Virus record (IMG/VR): IMGVR_UViG_3300037851_000284
Span: 155,055 to 219,054 of that record
Source of the DNA: a virus
Taxonomy: Duplodnaviria > Caudoviricetes
Strand: one strand, 5' to 3'
Length of the DNA: 64,000 nucleotides
Below are positions 18,489 through 27,483 of the stretch, piece after piece. The position numbers were made by a program, and so were the translations under genes. Position 1 is the first letter of the stretch, and every line of letters begins with the position of its first letter. Below the pieces are notes generated by a model. It searched no databases. It was not told where the DNA came from and saw nothing but the letters and a program-made list of their open reading frames with translations.

Positions 18489-19579
18489 TCTCTAGTAGTT
18501 GTTCCTATTGGTGTGTTTACAGCATGACTTATATAATCATTTACACTGGTAGCAACCCCATTATCAAGACTTCCCTGAGCATTCCAACCAGTCAAAGTTC
18601 TTTGTTTAATCTCTATTTGGTTATTAATGGATTCTAATTCTTTATATAATCCTGTTAGTATTTTTAATTGTTTATCTTTCTCTCTCTTTAAATCTTCTCT
18701 TGAAACATAATCTTTACCATTAGCTAATCTATTTAGCCATTCCGATGCATAAAAAGTAAACGCTCCAGCCACTGCTCTTTTATTAGTTTCTTTATCTATC
18801 TCAGCTATAATAGTTTCACAATCAGTAATATCTTGTTGAACTTTCTTTTGATAATCCATAAGAGCAGAAAATTGATTATCAATAAATAATCCTTTAACTT
18901 GTCTTTCAAACATCATATCTTTAAATTCCGCAATATCTTTATAAGCTATCATCTGGTCCATATCTTTAGCCACATATTGCATAGTACATTCACTATATAA
19001 ATCGTTAATACTATGGACTTGACCCTCATCTAGAAATTCTACACCATATAGTCTGGTAATTGAACGATGACCATATTCATTTTGAAATAATAGTATTAAA
19101 TCAATAGGAGGTAGTTGGTCGGGTAAAGGAGAAGTGGTCCTATCCGAAGGATTCTTAATATAATTTAATTCTTTTATAACATCATAAAGTGGGGCTCTAT
19201 CAAACACGATAAATATCATACTTCCCGCAATTGTTCTTGGACCAGCAGTATATCCTTTTGCGTGGGAACGACCTAAAACCCTTACAGCTGATTTTTCCCT
19301 ATGAATAGAGTGAGATATAGTTTCTAGATTACCTAGAACTATAAGTTTATTATTAAGCTGAGCTATTACTGTACAGTCGCTGCCACTATAAGAAGTATTA
19401 GATTTACTAAAATCTATTAAAGGGTCAGCATCAAAAGGATTAGCCTCGGTAGGACCAAGGGACCCTCCAAGATAAGGTTGGGTAGAACCTAACAAATTAG
19501 TTTTAACTTGTTGGACCACGTCTTTAACAAATGGGTCTTTTTTTAATTTATTAACTTGTTTATCTAACCACGTTGACAT
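18482..19579 (-). CDS. Tail tube paralogue (tube initiator-like) with C-terminal coiled coil
   Basis: SYSGSDC...IHREKSAVRVLG...IAGSMIFIVFDR...PDQLPPIDL...NEYG...YGVEFLDEG...MQYVAK aligns by eye with the spliced tube (REKAPIYVLG, HAGSLIFTNFDR, SDQLPPFTI, NEYG, GVELINEG, MTFVAR). Confidence 0.75.
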   Translation of the reverse strand: MSTWLDKQVNKLKKDPFVKDVVQQVKTNLLGSTQPYLGGSLGPTEANPFDADPLIDFSKSNTSYSGSDCTVIAQLNNKLIVLGNLETISHSIHREKSAVRVLGRSHAKGYTAGPRTIAGSMIFIVFDRAPLYDVIKELNYIKNPSDRTTSPLPDQLPPIDLILLFQNEYGHRSITRLYGVEFLDEGQVHSINDLYSECTMQYVAKDMDQMIAYKDIAEFKDMMFERQVKGLFIDNQFSALMDYQKKVQQDITDCETIIAEIDKETNKRAVAGAFTFYASEWLNRLANGKDYVSREDLKREKDKQLKILTGLYKELESINNQIEIKQRTLTGWNAQGSLDNGVATSVNDYISHAVNTPIGTTTREW

Positions 19580-19590
19580 AATTTTTAGGT

Positions 19591-19620
19591 ATAAAGCCCT
19601 TGTTTTATTAAGGGCTTTAT
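19591..19620 (-). terminator. Terminator-like inverted repeat after tail tube exon 3
   Basis: ATAAAGCCCT-10 nt-AGGGCTTTAT perfect 10-bp stem just after the stop at 19626. Confidence 0.65.
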
Positions 19621-19625
19621 TTTAA

Positions 19626-22351
19626 TTAAGCATTAAAAGGCAAACTTTGTGCAAGTTGAGCCTGTTGTATGGCGGTTAAGTTATTCATCTGAGTAAGAAC
19701 ATCAGCCTTAACATTAATATTTCCGCCTAGTTGAGAAATAGGTCTCCATCCAAGTATTGCGCGAGCTACGAATGTCCAATTATGTTAGCTTAATATTACT
19801 ATTAAGATCGGACTGTGTCTTCACCTTTTGTTTACAAGAATGGCAGATTCTGCTTTTATCGTGCAATAGAGAATAAATATTATTACATATATCACACTTT
19901 CTTCTACCATAATTTTCTTGATTTCTATTTTTTAACCAATTTTCAAAAACTTCTTTTTTACGAGAAAGATAAAAAGCGTTATTATCATACATATACCAAA
20001 ATATAGATAGGCTTTCTAAGTGACTATATTGTAATCTATAACATTCTTCGTGATTATAAATTTTAGGTATTATTCCAAGCTCTTCTTTTAGTATATTACC
20101 AAAAGATTGTAAATTTTCTTTTAATTTATTTACTATTTGAACCTGCAACCAAGACCCGCTTTTATCGTTTCTTAAACTTATACATCCGTCTCCATCAAAG
20201 TAACCCCTAGTAAAATACTTAAAATATTTCTTATCTATAGTAGGAAAAATATTCATGTATGTTTTATTAGGAATAATTCCTAAAGATAAAAAATTTTGTA
20301 CTAAATTGTTTGATGTTTTTTGAATATAAAAATATTTATTTTCATATTGTGAGACAGAAGTGTCTAATTTTAGAATTTTTTGAATCCATTCTATTAAATC
20401 CTTATCTTTTGATTGCCATCTTATTCTTAAAGTGGATTTATTATAATCTACACAACCATCAGCATAAGTGTAACCAAGCAAATAATAGAAATCTTCTTTT
20501 GTGCAATTAAGGGTACTACATACAGTCTCTGAGGGGAGTTTACCGTCATTTTGACATTCTCTTCCCTGCGAATTATCCATTTGGATTTTCTCGCATATAG
20601 TAGTATTTTTCATTAAAAGTTTCCTTTTAAGCAGACAACGATTCTATCTGAGTTTCACTGACAATGTCGTCGATCGATACTCCAGCTCCTTCATTAATTA
20701 ACTCAACTCCTAGAAGATGCATAGCAGAAATATTACCATACTCATTCATAGAGGTTAGTGTAATTGTAAAGGGCGGAAGTTGATCGGAATAGTTTGCGAT
20801 ACTTTTTTGTGATCCAAGTGCTCCCAAACTATCTAGATGTTCTTTATGTTCTTTTCCCAATAACAAACTTCTTCCACCAGCAGGAATATCTGTAGATTTA
20901 GCATAATACTTGTATCTATCAGACGGTCCAGAATTACTGGCGCTATAGGTTCCTTGCATGATATCATACAAGGCATGTCTATCGAAGTTTGTAAAGATCA
21001 AGGATCCAGCATGGCCTCTTTTGCCTCTGCCAAACGAAACAGCGTCAACAGATCCTAATACATAAATTGGCATTTGTAAATTAACCTTTGTTAATTAACA
21101 ATGGACTATACCATCACCCATTTCTGGGGTCCAGCGTTTAGTCTCTGCAAGCGAATCTGATTTCTCAGTCTTGCTCTCAGGCTCCTTGTTAGATGAACTA
21201 ACAACTTGGCTGATTTGAGCTGGATTAATTTTTCCAGGAGTTTCCCCACTGGCAAGCGCCAACTTTCTCGTAAGATTAAAACAATTAGAATAATACATAA
21301 AATTAAAAATCTTTTTAATATCCTCTTTCGAAGAATATCTAATTCTATAACAATTAACAGATCCTTTATTGTGAATAGATGGATTTTTTTTGCTACATCC
21401 GATCTTTTCCAATTTTTTTTCTAAATCACTTATAAAATTAATATTTCCAAGAAATTGATATGTCTTTTTTGAATTATCTTGATAAAAAGAACCGTCTCCA
21501 TCAAAATAACCACGAATTAGATCACGTAAAAATTCTTCTGGAACTTCCGGTAATCTTGCTCTAGCACTTTTATTTGGAATGACTCCTTTTATAATTATAT
21601 CATTTACCATTTTTTTATTATGGATATATAAAGCGCAAGAATTGCGTGTTTTTTTAATACAAATAGGATTTTCACAATCCATTAATTTCTTAATATTAAA
21701 TAAATGATTATAATCTTTCATTGATAATTCACACGAAATTCTATTTAGATGTGGTTCCACGCATCCATCTGCAAGAAAAAAACCAATCACATAAGCTGAT
21801 TCCTTTGTCCAATTTTCAAAAAAATTGAAATTAATATTATAATTTCCGCATTTTCTTTGATATCCCAATTTTCTTGCTTGAACTTTAATTGCTTCTCTTG
21901 TTCTATTTGGTAATAATTTCCAAATATTTGGGTTACAAGAATAATTATCTTTAATAATTTTATTCTCTTTTGCAGTCCATAGTTCTCTAGAATCTAATTG
22001 TAATTTACTAGCCTTATGTCCTATTGCGTTATAAGACAAATTTAATTTATTTGCTATTTCCTTATATGATAATTTATTATAATTATCTTTAAGAAAATCA
22101 ATTTTATATTTATCCCATTTTCTTGGAGAACAATTTCGTGTTATTTTTTCCATATTATTCTAACTCTTTTAAAATTAATGAGTTATCGCTTTTTCTCTTG
22201 TAGTAGAGAAACTTATACCATTCAAATTTCCGATTAGAATACCGTCAATGGTAGCGACGATATCTGTACCAGCAGAGGAATTATAAGATTGTCTTATACC
22301 CTCGGTTGCAGCTTCAACTGTTTGATAGTTGGCTGGGTTATTACTACCCAT
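19626..22351 (-). CDS. Major tail tube protein encoded in three exons (22351-22187, 21070-20646, 19776-19626); 246 aa after splicing
   Basis: GGAGG RBS then ATG at 22351. Exons sum to 165+425+151 = 741 nt and join in frame: ...TTREKA|PIYVLG...VSETQ(AT|G)TFVARAILG...FNA*. Follows the sheath gene and is collinear with the 365-aa paralogue. Confidence 0.88.
19777..20645 (-). mobile_element. Group I intron (869 nt) in the tail tube gene, endonuclease looping out at P8
   Basis: 5' exon ends in U with P1 CAGAU/GUCUG (U.G pair at the splice site; 20650-20646 / 20636-20632). P4 UGCGA/UCGCA, P5 AUCCA/UGGAU, R element CUCAGAGACUGUAUG (20533-20519), S element AAGACACAGUCC (19821-19810), P9 CUUAAUA/UAUUAAG, terminal G at 19777. 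Confidence 0.92.
19780..20613 (-). CDS. Intron-encoded LAGLIDADG homing endonuclease
   Basis: Motifs YLLGYTYADG and FTRGYFDGDG; C-terminal CDIC...CHSC zinc-finger pattern; the ORF overlaps the intron core. Confidence 0.9.
   Translation of the reverse strand: MKNTTICEKIQMDNSQGRECQNDGKLPSETVCSTLNCTKEDFYYLLGYTYADGCVDYNKSTLRIRWQSKDKDLIEWIQKILKLDTSVSQYENKYFYIQKTSNNLVQNFLSLGIIPNKTYMNIFPTIDKKYFKYFTRGYFDGDGCISLRNDKSGSWLQVQIVNKLKENLQSFGNILKEELGIIPKIYNHEECYRLQYSHLESLSIFWYMYDNNAFYLSRKKEVFENWLKNRNQENYGRRKCDICNNIYSLLHDKSRICHSCKQKVKTQSDLNSNIKLT
21071..22186 (-). mobile_element. Group I intron (~1.1 kb) in the tail tube gene; 5' boundary uncertain (22186 or 22180)
   Basis: Core lies at the 3' end: P3 GGCGCUU/AAACGCU, Q-like AAAUCAGCC, R CAGAGACUAAACG (21147-21135), S GAUGGUAUAGUCC (21115-21103), terminal G at 21071 before CCA ATT TAT (PIY). 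No clean U.G P1 was found. Confidence 0.82.
21095..22153 (-). CDS. Intron-encoded LAGLIDADG homing endonuclease with two N-terminal Myb/HTH-like repeats
   Basis: Motifs YVIGFFLADG and LIRGYFDGDG; two repeats of the form W...(L/I)KDNY...AI..(K/Q)A.KL. The last ~60 codons overlap the intron catalytic core. Confidence 0.9.
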   Translation of the reverse strand: MEKITRNCSPRKWDKYKIDFLKDNYNKLSYKEIANKLNLSYNAIGHKASKLQLDSRELWTAKENKIIKDNYSCNPNIWKLLPNRTREAIKVQARKLGYQRKCGNYNINFNFFENWTKESAYVIGFFLADGCVEPHLNRISCELSMKDYNHLFNIKKLMDCENPICIKKTRNSCALYIHNKKMVNDIIIKGVIPNKSARARLPEVPEEFLRDLIRGYFDGDGSFYQDNSKKTYQFLGNINFISDLEKKLEKIGCSKKNPSIHNKGSVNCYRIRYSSKEDIKKIFNFMYYSNCFNLTRKLALASGETPGKINPAQISQVVSSSNKEPESKTEKSDSLAETKRWTPEMGDGIVHC

Positions 22352-22374
22352 GGATTCCTCCAAGGTTAAAATAA

Positions 22375-22402
22375 TAGGCGAGGAGATATTTCTCCCCGCC
22401 TA
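22375..22402 (-). terminator. Hairpin between the sheath and tube genes
   Basis: TAGGCGGGGAGA-aata-TCTCCTCGCCTA followed by TTATTTT on the minus strand. Confidence 0.6.
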
Positions 22403-22418
22403 GATATCCAACTAGCGA

Positions 22419-25184
22419 TTATCTAGTTGGGAGATTCTTACGTAGTTTTACTGTGGTTCTAATCTTTTTAATCGTAAAGATAGGAACCAGTATTAAATCT
22501 ACTTCTATGATTCCCAGTACTTGCTGGTTAGGAGTAGATGAGATGGAGAAATCAAAACCTCTAAGACCAGACATACTCATAAGAGTATTAGATATCAACT
22601 GTTCTAGAGATGCTCTGACTTCAACACTATTTGGCTGACCAATAAAGGTTTCTGCTATAGCATAAACTCTATCAGAAGCCGCAGCTGTAATACTATACGT
22701 ACTCCAGTTTACGAAATCGCTTCCAATAGGCGCAGCAGTTACGTCCTCTATAATAACTGGGTCTTTACCAATCCTAGTTTTCATAGTTACGTATCTTGCC
22801 GCATTTAGCGCCTCGTACTGTGATGTACTCAACGAATATCTAAGAGCTTGAATACCGTTAATAGATTTATTCGTTGGAGATATATCATAAGGCATTGATG
22901 CTATCATACCAGCATAGGCAGCCTGACCATTAGCAACATAAGGACGACCTCTACCGACATTCAAGAATACTGGTTCAAAAGCAGCAATAGATATAAATTT
23001 ACTCTGGATTAGAGACATTATATTTGCGGTTCTGTTTGGATCTTTTAGGTCTTTAACAGTTGCTTTTGTTACCCATTTATCTTTATGGGCTTGAGTTACT
23101 TCGTCCATCGGTGTTACAGCTAGTATTGCGTGAGGCTGAATATTATTTATAGATAGATCTTCCATAAAATCATTAAGATCTGAATAATAATCTGCTGGAA
23201 TTGTTTCCTTTAGACCAGTAATAGGATTAAATCTTTCAGAGAGTTCATCTATAAATGCGCTCATTGGTACCCATATATTAGCTCCATAGTTACGAAGTCT
23301 ATCATAACATGTTACCAATTCTTCTTTACGTTGACGAGGAGTTAGAACGTTTCCGTTAGTACCTCCACTCAGAGATTTGGCAGCAGTAGTAATATTTGGG
23401 AATGTTGGAAGATAAGTATACCTAAATCTTATATAGGTCTTTGCTGTGTTTGTAAGTACACCAGCATTAGGTCCAGGTAATAGTTTAGGGTCATCAAACA
23501 TTATCTTTCCATTAGCGGCATCACTGACTGTTAAATTACTTCCAAGTTCATATTCTGTTCTTGTTCCATAATTTACTGTCATATTAAATGCTGGAGGAGT
23601 ATTAAATATAATCTCCTGACCTCTTACAAAGTAATCACTTAATGTAGTAGATGATGTTAATGCGTTAAGATTTTCCTTCTCAGTTAAAAATCCTTTAACT
23701 GTATTAGCTGTGATTCTGACATAAACTCCTTCTCTAATAACGTTTCCTGAAGTTACTATGCTTTGCATAATAGGACTATTTGCAAAAGAATCCGGTCCAA
23801 TTTTAAATATTGCCACACCAGATGTATATTCAGATAAATAAATACCTGATATACCATTATAAGGAAGACTCTGCCAGAAATCATTAGGATCATCTGTAAG
23901 ACAGACTTGAACATCAATTTTACCAGAAGGTCTTACTGAAACTCCATCGATAGTTCTAGTAGCGATACCAGAACAGGTAGCTCTAGCTCGTCCAGAGAAA
24001 CTACTCGTTCCGTTTCCAGAATAGTTGGCATATGTAGTAGTAATTAAACCGCTTATATATTTATCAGCTATTCCACTATTAACTAATTCTTCGTTATCGC
24101 AAATACATAGAGGAACAGTTATTCTTAGCGAGTTTGTTGCTACACCAGCACTAAAATAACCACCAGATCTGGTAGGTCCGCCTTCACCAGTTCCACCATC
24201 CATAAAAGCAGCATTAAGATTATAAATATATTCAGATTTTACAGTTCCCGACGGGTCTTGTATATATTCTGAGTCGCTATTATAATCGTAAAGAGCTTGG
24301 ATAGTGTTCCAGCAAGCGGGAGCCTTACCGTCTAGAGGCATGTGTTTTAGTTTATTTACAGCTTTACCAGCACATTGAATCTGTTCATATTCTGAAATAC
24401 TTACCGATTCAACGGTGTCGATTTCTATAATATCATTAGCAGCAGAAGTAATTCCGCGAATAGGAGTAGGAATCATATAACCGGTAGTTGTTATATAACC
24501 ATTAGCTATTAGTTCTCCTAGATCTACTTCAACGAATTCCGTGGTGTTTGTTACACCAGTACTATTACCACTTATACATACTTCATAGTCTGCTAGAAGT
24601 CCTGAATAGGTGGCCTTTAAAATAGTATTTAAATTTGAATCAGCATTTATTGCGTCTACCAGTTCAGCAACATTATGTGCAACGACGTTAGGATTTGTTG
24701 GTTTTTCAGTATCAATACTAAATGTAGAAGTAGTTCCAGTTTTTGGATTATAAATAGCAACATCTCTATTTTCATCATAACTGATACTAACACCATTATA
24801 TATGGAACCAGGATTTAAAGCTTCTAGTTTCATAGAAGTAGTGTTTCCGCCATATTCGGTATCTTCACCGCTGCCAGTAGTTTCTTCTATTTCTAACTTA
24901 GCAGTTTCGCCATTACCAAGACGAACTCCTACCACTGTAGGGTGCCCACCTTGTACATCCCAACATTCGAAGATTCCACGAACTAGATCTCCAGCACCAA
25001 GCCTACCCCATACATATTCAGCATCTTCAGGTTTTTCAATCTGAATAGGCTCGTACATAGGACCATCTTCAGCTGTTCCTAATATTACGACCCGCTTATT
25101 TCTTTGTATAGGATTGGGTGATACGTTGAGACCATAATCTTGGATATATGTAGCTGGAGAAGGTAGATTAATTTCCTTAGCCAT
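22419..25184 (-). CDS. Tail sheath protein (enlarged, with central insertion)
   Basis: 921 aa. N-terminal VVILGTAEDGPMYEPIQI and WGRLGAGDLVRG; C-terminal NGQAAYAG...PTNKSI...LNAARYVT...GIIEVDLILVP typical of contractile sheaths. Confidence 0.9.
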   Translation of the reverse strand: MAKEINLPSPATYIQDYGLNVSPNPIQRNKRVVILGTAEDGPMYEPIQIEKPEDAEYVWGRLGAGDLVRGIFECWDVQGGHPTVVGVRLGNGETAKLEIEETTGSGEDTEYGGNTTSMKLEALNPGSIYNGVSISYDENRDVAIYNPKTGTTSTFSIDTEKPTNPNVVAHNVAELVDAINADSNLNTILKATYSGLLADYEVCISGNSTGVTNTTEFVEVDLGELIANGYITTTGYMIPTPIRGITSAANDIIEIDTVESVSISEYEQIQCAGKAVNKLKHMPLDGKAPACWNTIQALYDYNSDSEYIQDPSGTVKSEYIYNLNAAFMDGGTGEGGPTRSGGYFSAGVATNSLRITVPLCICDNEELVNSGIADKYISGLITTTYANYSGNGTSSFSGRARATCSGIATRTIDGVSVRPSGKIDVQVCLTDDPNDFWQSLPYNGISGIYLSEYTSGVAIFKIGPDSFANSPIMQSIVTSGNVIREGVYVRITANTVKGFLTEKENLNALTSSTTLSDYFVRGQEIIFNTPPAFNMTVNYGTRTEYELGSNLTVSDAANGKIMFDDPKLLPGPNAGVLTNTAKTYIRFRYTYLPTFPNITTAAKSLSGGTNGNVLTPRQRKEELVTCYDRLRNYGANIWVPMSAFIDELSERFNPITGLKETIPADYYSDLNDFMEDLSINNIQPHAILAVTPMDEVTQAHKDKWVTKATVKDLKDPNRTANIMSLIQSKFISIAAFEPVFLNVGRGRPYVANGQAAYAGMIASMPYDISPTNKSINGIQALRYSLSTSQYEALNAARYVTMKTRIGKDPVIIEDVTAAPIGSDFVNWSTYSITAAASDRVYAIAETFIGQPNSVEVRASLEQLISNTLMSMSGLRGFDFSISSTPNQQVLGIIEVDLILVPIFTIKKIRTTVKLRKNLPTR

Positions 25185-25188
25185 TTAT

Positions 25189-26148
25189 TTATCCTCCGAG
25201 TTGGTTTCTTTGAATCCATTTTTTGATTAATTTATCATATTGGGATTCTATATTAAAATCTGTAGAAACAATAGGTTCCTGCAGATTTTGAACATTAATA
25301 TTTAATGTAATCTGTTTGATAGGTCCAATAAAAATTGGTCTAACTCTTTCGGTTCTTATATAGTATAGTACCGATCGGACATGATAATTATTCTTCATTT
25401 CCAATAGAGTATTATCCCTGACCCGTCTATCAAAGTACATATTAACTATACCGGCCTCTCTAAACATACCAATATAGTTATCCATATACTCTTCTAGAAA
25501 CCATTCGGTCAGTCTTTCGGCTTCATAGTTAGATTTACTCCATATATTATATTGGACTAAATTATCAAATACTTGAGCTTTCATTTTCATATATCCGTAT
25601 TTTTCGGATATATCTCTTATTAAGGTTTCGCTAACTCCTATAAGTCTTTTTCTTCCCTCGGAACCATAATAAGCAATAAACTCTCGGTGTCTACCTTTTA
25701 ATTCTCTAGTTCCTCTAAAAGGATCATCTTGAGACACCGTTCCAGGTTCTTGTCTAACTACACCCCAAGTTATTGCGTTTTGGATAGTTAGAGGAGACGC
25801 CTTATATTCAGTTGGTCTATTTTTAGGTAATAAAAACTCAGGAAAATCAGGGGAAAAGAATATACCTTTTTCTTGGATGCTTCTATCAATACTGAACCCT
25901 GATATTGAATAAACTGGAGTTATCGCATTTATTAAGTTGTTCTCGGTGCGACAAGGAGCCATTATTTCCAGTGATTTAGACATCATATCATGCATATCGC
26001 AGATAGTATTAATTTTACCAACTGAACGTAGTCTTGGTGGGTATTGGTTATATACCATCTCAAATTGAATAGGTTCAGTATTTGAGTTTTCCATTACAAC
26101 AAATCTAAAATCTGGAGCAGCCTTAGATGGATTTGGAGAAACTATCAT
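25189..26148 (-). CDS. Putative tail completion/terminator protein
   Basis: Position directly upstream of the sheath; DNLVQYNIWSKSNYEAERLTEWF pattern. Assignment is mostly by synteny. Confidence 0.5.
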   Translation of the reverse strand: MIVSPNPSKAAPDFRFVVMENSNTEPIQFEMVYNQYPPRLRSVGKINTICDMHDMMSKSLEIMAPCRTENNLINAITPVYSISGFSIDRSIQEKGIFFSPDFPEFLLPKNRPTEYKASPLTIQNAITWGVVRQEPGTVSQDDPFRGTRELKGRHREFIAYYGSEGRKRLIGVSETLIRDISEKYGYMKMKAQVFDNLVQYNIWSKSNYEAERLTEWFLEEYMDNYIGMFREAGIVNMYFDRRVRDNTLLEMKNNYHVRSVLYYIRTERVRPIFIGPIKQITLNINVQNLQEPIVSTDFNIESQYDKLIKKWIQRNQLGG

Positions 26149-26717
26149 TAATAACTCATTTCGTCATATTGGCAACTTGTTATGTAATACTGAACATTAC
26201 CGTTCTCTAGACGGTAATCGTGTACTCTTTTAACTTGGTAGCGGTCTTTGTATAAAAGACTAGTATTTAAGGTTGGTGTTTTTGCGTGGTCGTCCCAGAC
26301 TAACTCAAATATGTGGTCTCCAATAGCCGGAACCACAGTATATTCAAAATAATATATATATTTATCACTAATATCGAGACCAACTTTAGTAGGATCTAGA
26401 GGTAATCCAGACCTATCGGTCGGTAGCCTTCTTGTTCTTAATAGAGTATCAGTATATTTAAATGCTGGTCCTCCAACACCTTCTTGAGTTCTCTCGCTAT
26501 ATTGAAGGGATTTCTGAGACCTATCGTATCGTCTATATACAACCCAGTGGCCTTTAGGAACACGCATCGGAAAACTTTCTTTACCATATAATAACCAATG
26601 CATTTCTAAACGTAAATCAATTCCTTCGCCTTGGGTTGATACTTCTCTATATACAGAACCGGCAATATAATTATCGACTGTTTTTACATCAGTGCTAAGA
26701 GTAGGATACCAATTCAT
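26148..26717 (-). CDS. Putative neck / head-closure protein
   Basis: 189 aa, beta-rich, between the connector-like and completion-like genes. Confidence 0.45.
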   Translation of the reverse strand: MNWYPTLSTDVKTVDNYIAGSVYREVSTQGEGIDLRLEMHWLLYGKESFPMRVPKGHWVVYRRYDRSQKSLQYSERTQEGVGGPAFKYTDTLLRTRRLPTDRSGLPLDPTKVGLDISDKYIYYFEYTVVPAIGDHIFELVWDDHAKTPTLNTSLLYKDRYQVKRVHDYRLENGNVQYYITSCQYDEMSY

Positions 26718-27448
26718 TAAATACCTCTATACCACCATGTTCCTGGAGTATAATTATTACCATAAGGTATCACGGGTCTAACAATTCTGTTATATGCGTC
26801 TTCCCTAACTGGATGAGCATAACCCTTTGATATATCATAATATGCCTTAACAGTAACAGACATATTTTTAAACATTCTCATTGATTCGTTCCAGCAAGTA
26901 TATAAGTCGGATAATCTCTTAGGGTCTATATTATTAGACCCTCCGCCGCTACCTCCATACTTAATTGTCATATCACCAAGAGTTTTTAATTGATTAGCTG
27001 AGTCTCCAGACATCTGTTGTGTAACCCGCATAATAGATAATACATCATAAGCAGTTTTACACTCAACATATCTTCTTATATTCTTAGGAACATCTTGCCA
27101 GTCACATCCCCAATAATCATAAGCTATATTTAATCCATTACTCATATTATATAGATCAACTGCGTCTATTGAGTTTTTATGAATCATTCTCCAAATTGTA
27201 TCATCTATTATACTTTCGGCTAATGGTCCGATTTGGAGTTTAATTCTATTCGCTGTGCTAAATTGTGGACAATATACGCTTGTGAACCAAAATTCATATG
27301 GTTCTTCCATAATATCTGTGGCTCCAGAAGGAGGTATAACTCCAGATATTCCTTGGCTTAATAAAATAGTATATTGTCTATTATTTATAATATCTGTTGT
27401 AGGATAGATATATAAAACGTTCCCGCTAATAGCAGTTGTAAAATCCAT
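26717..27448 (-). CDS. Putative head-tail connector with N-terminal Ig-like segment
   Basis: N-terminal YIYPT..IINNRQYTILLSQGI...EFWFTS Ig-like pattern, then a helical domain ending in KTLGDMTIKYG. Confidence 0.5.
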   Translation of the reverse strand: MDFTTAISGNVLYIYPTTDIINNRQYTILLSQGISGVIPPSGATDIMEEPYEFWFTSVYCPQFSTANRIKLQIGPLAESIIDDTIWRMIHKNSIDAVDLYNMSNGLNIAYDYWGCDWQDVPKNIRRYVECKTAYDVLSIMRVTQQMSGDSANQLKTLGDMTIKYGGSGGGSNNIDPKRLSDLYTCWNESMRMFKNMSVTVKAYYDISKGYAHPVREDAYNRIVRPVIPYGNNYTPGTWWYRGI

Positions 27449-27483
27449 GTAAATTCTCCGTTTTTAATTAGTATAGTGTTAAA

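Noticed and set aside
20627-22363. 62-aa and 148-aa ORFs as independent genes
   Set aside because: They are exons 1 and 2 of the tail tube gene; their C-terminal ITH and IESLSA read into intron sequence.
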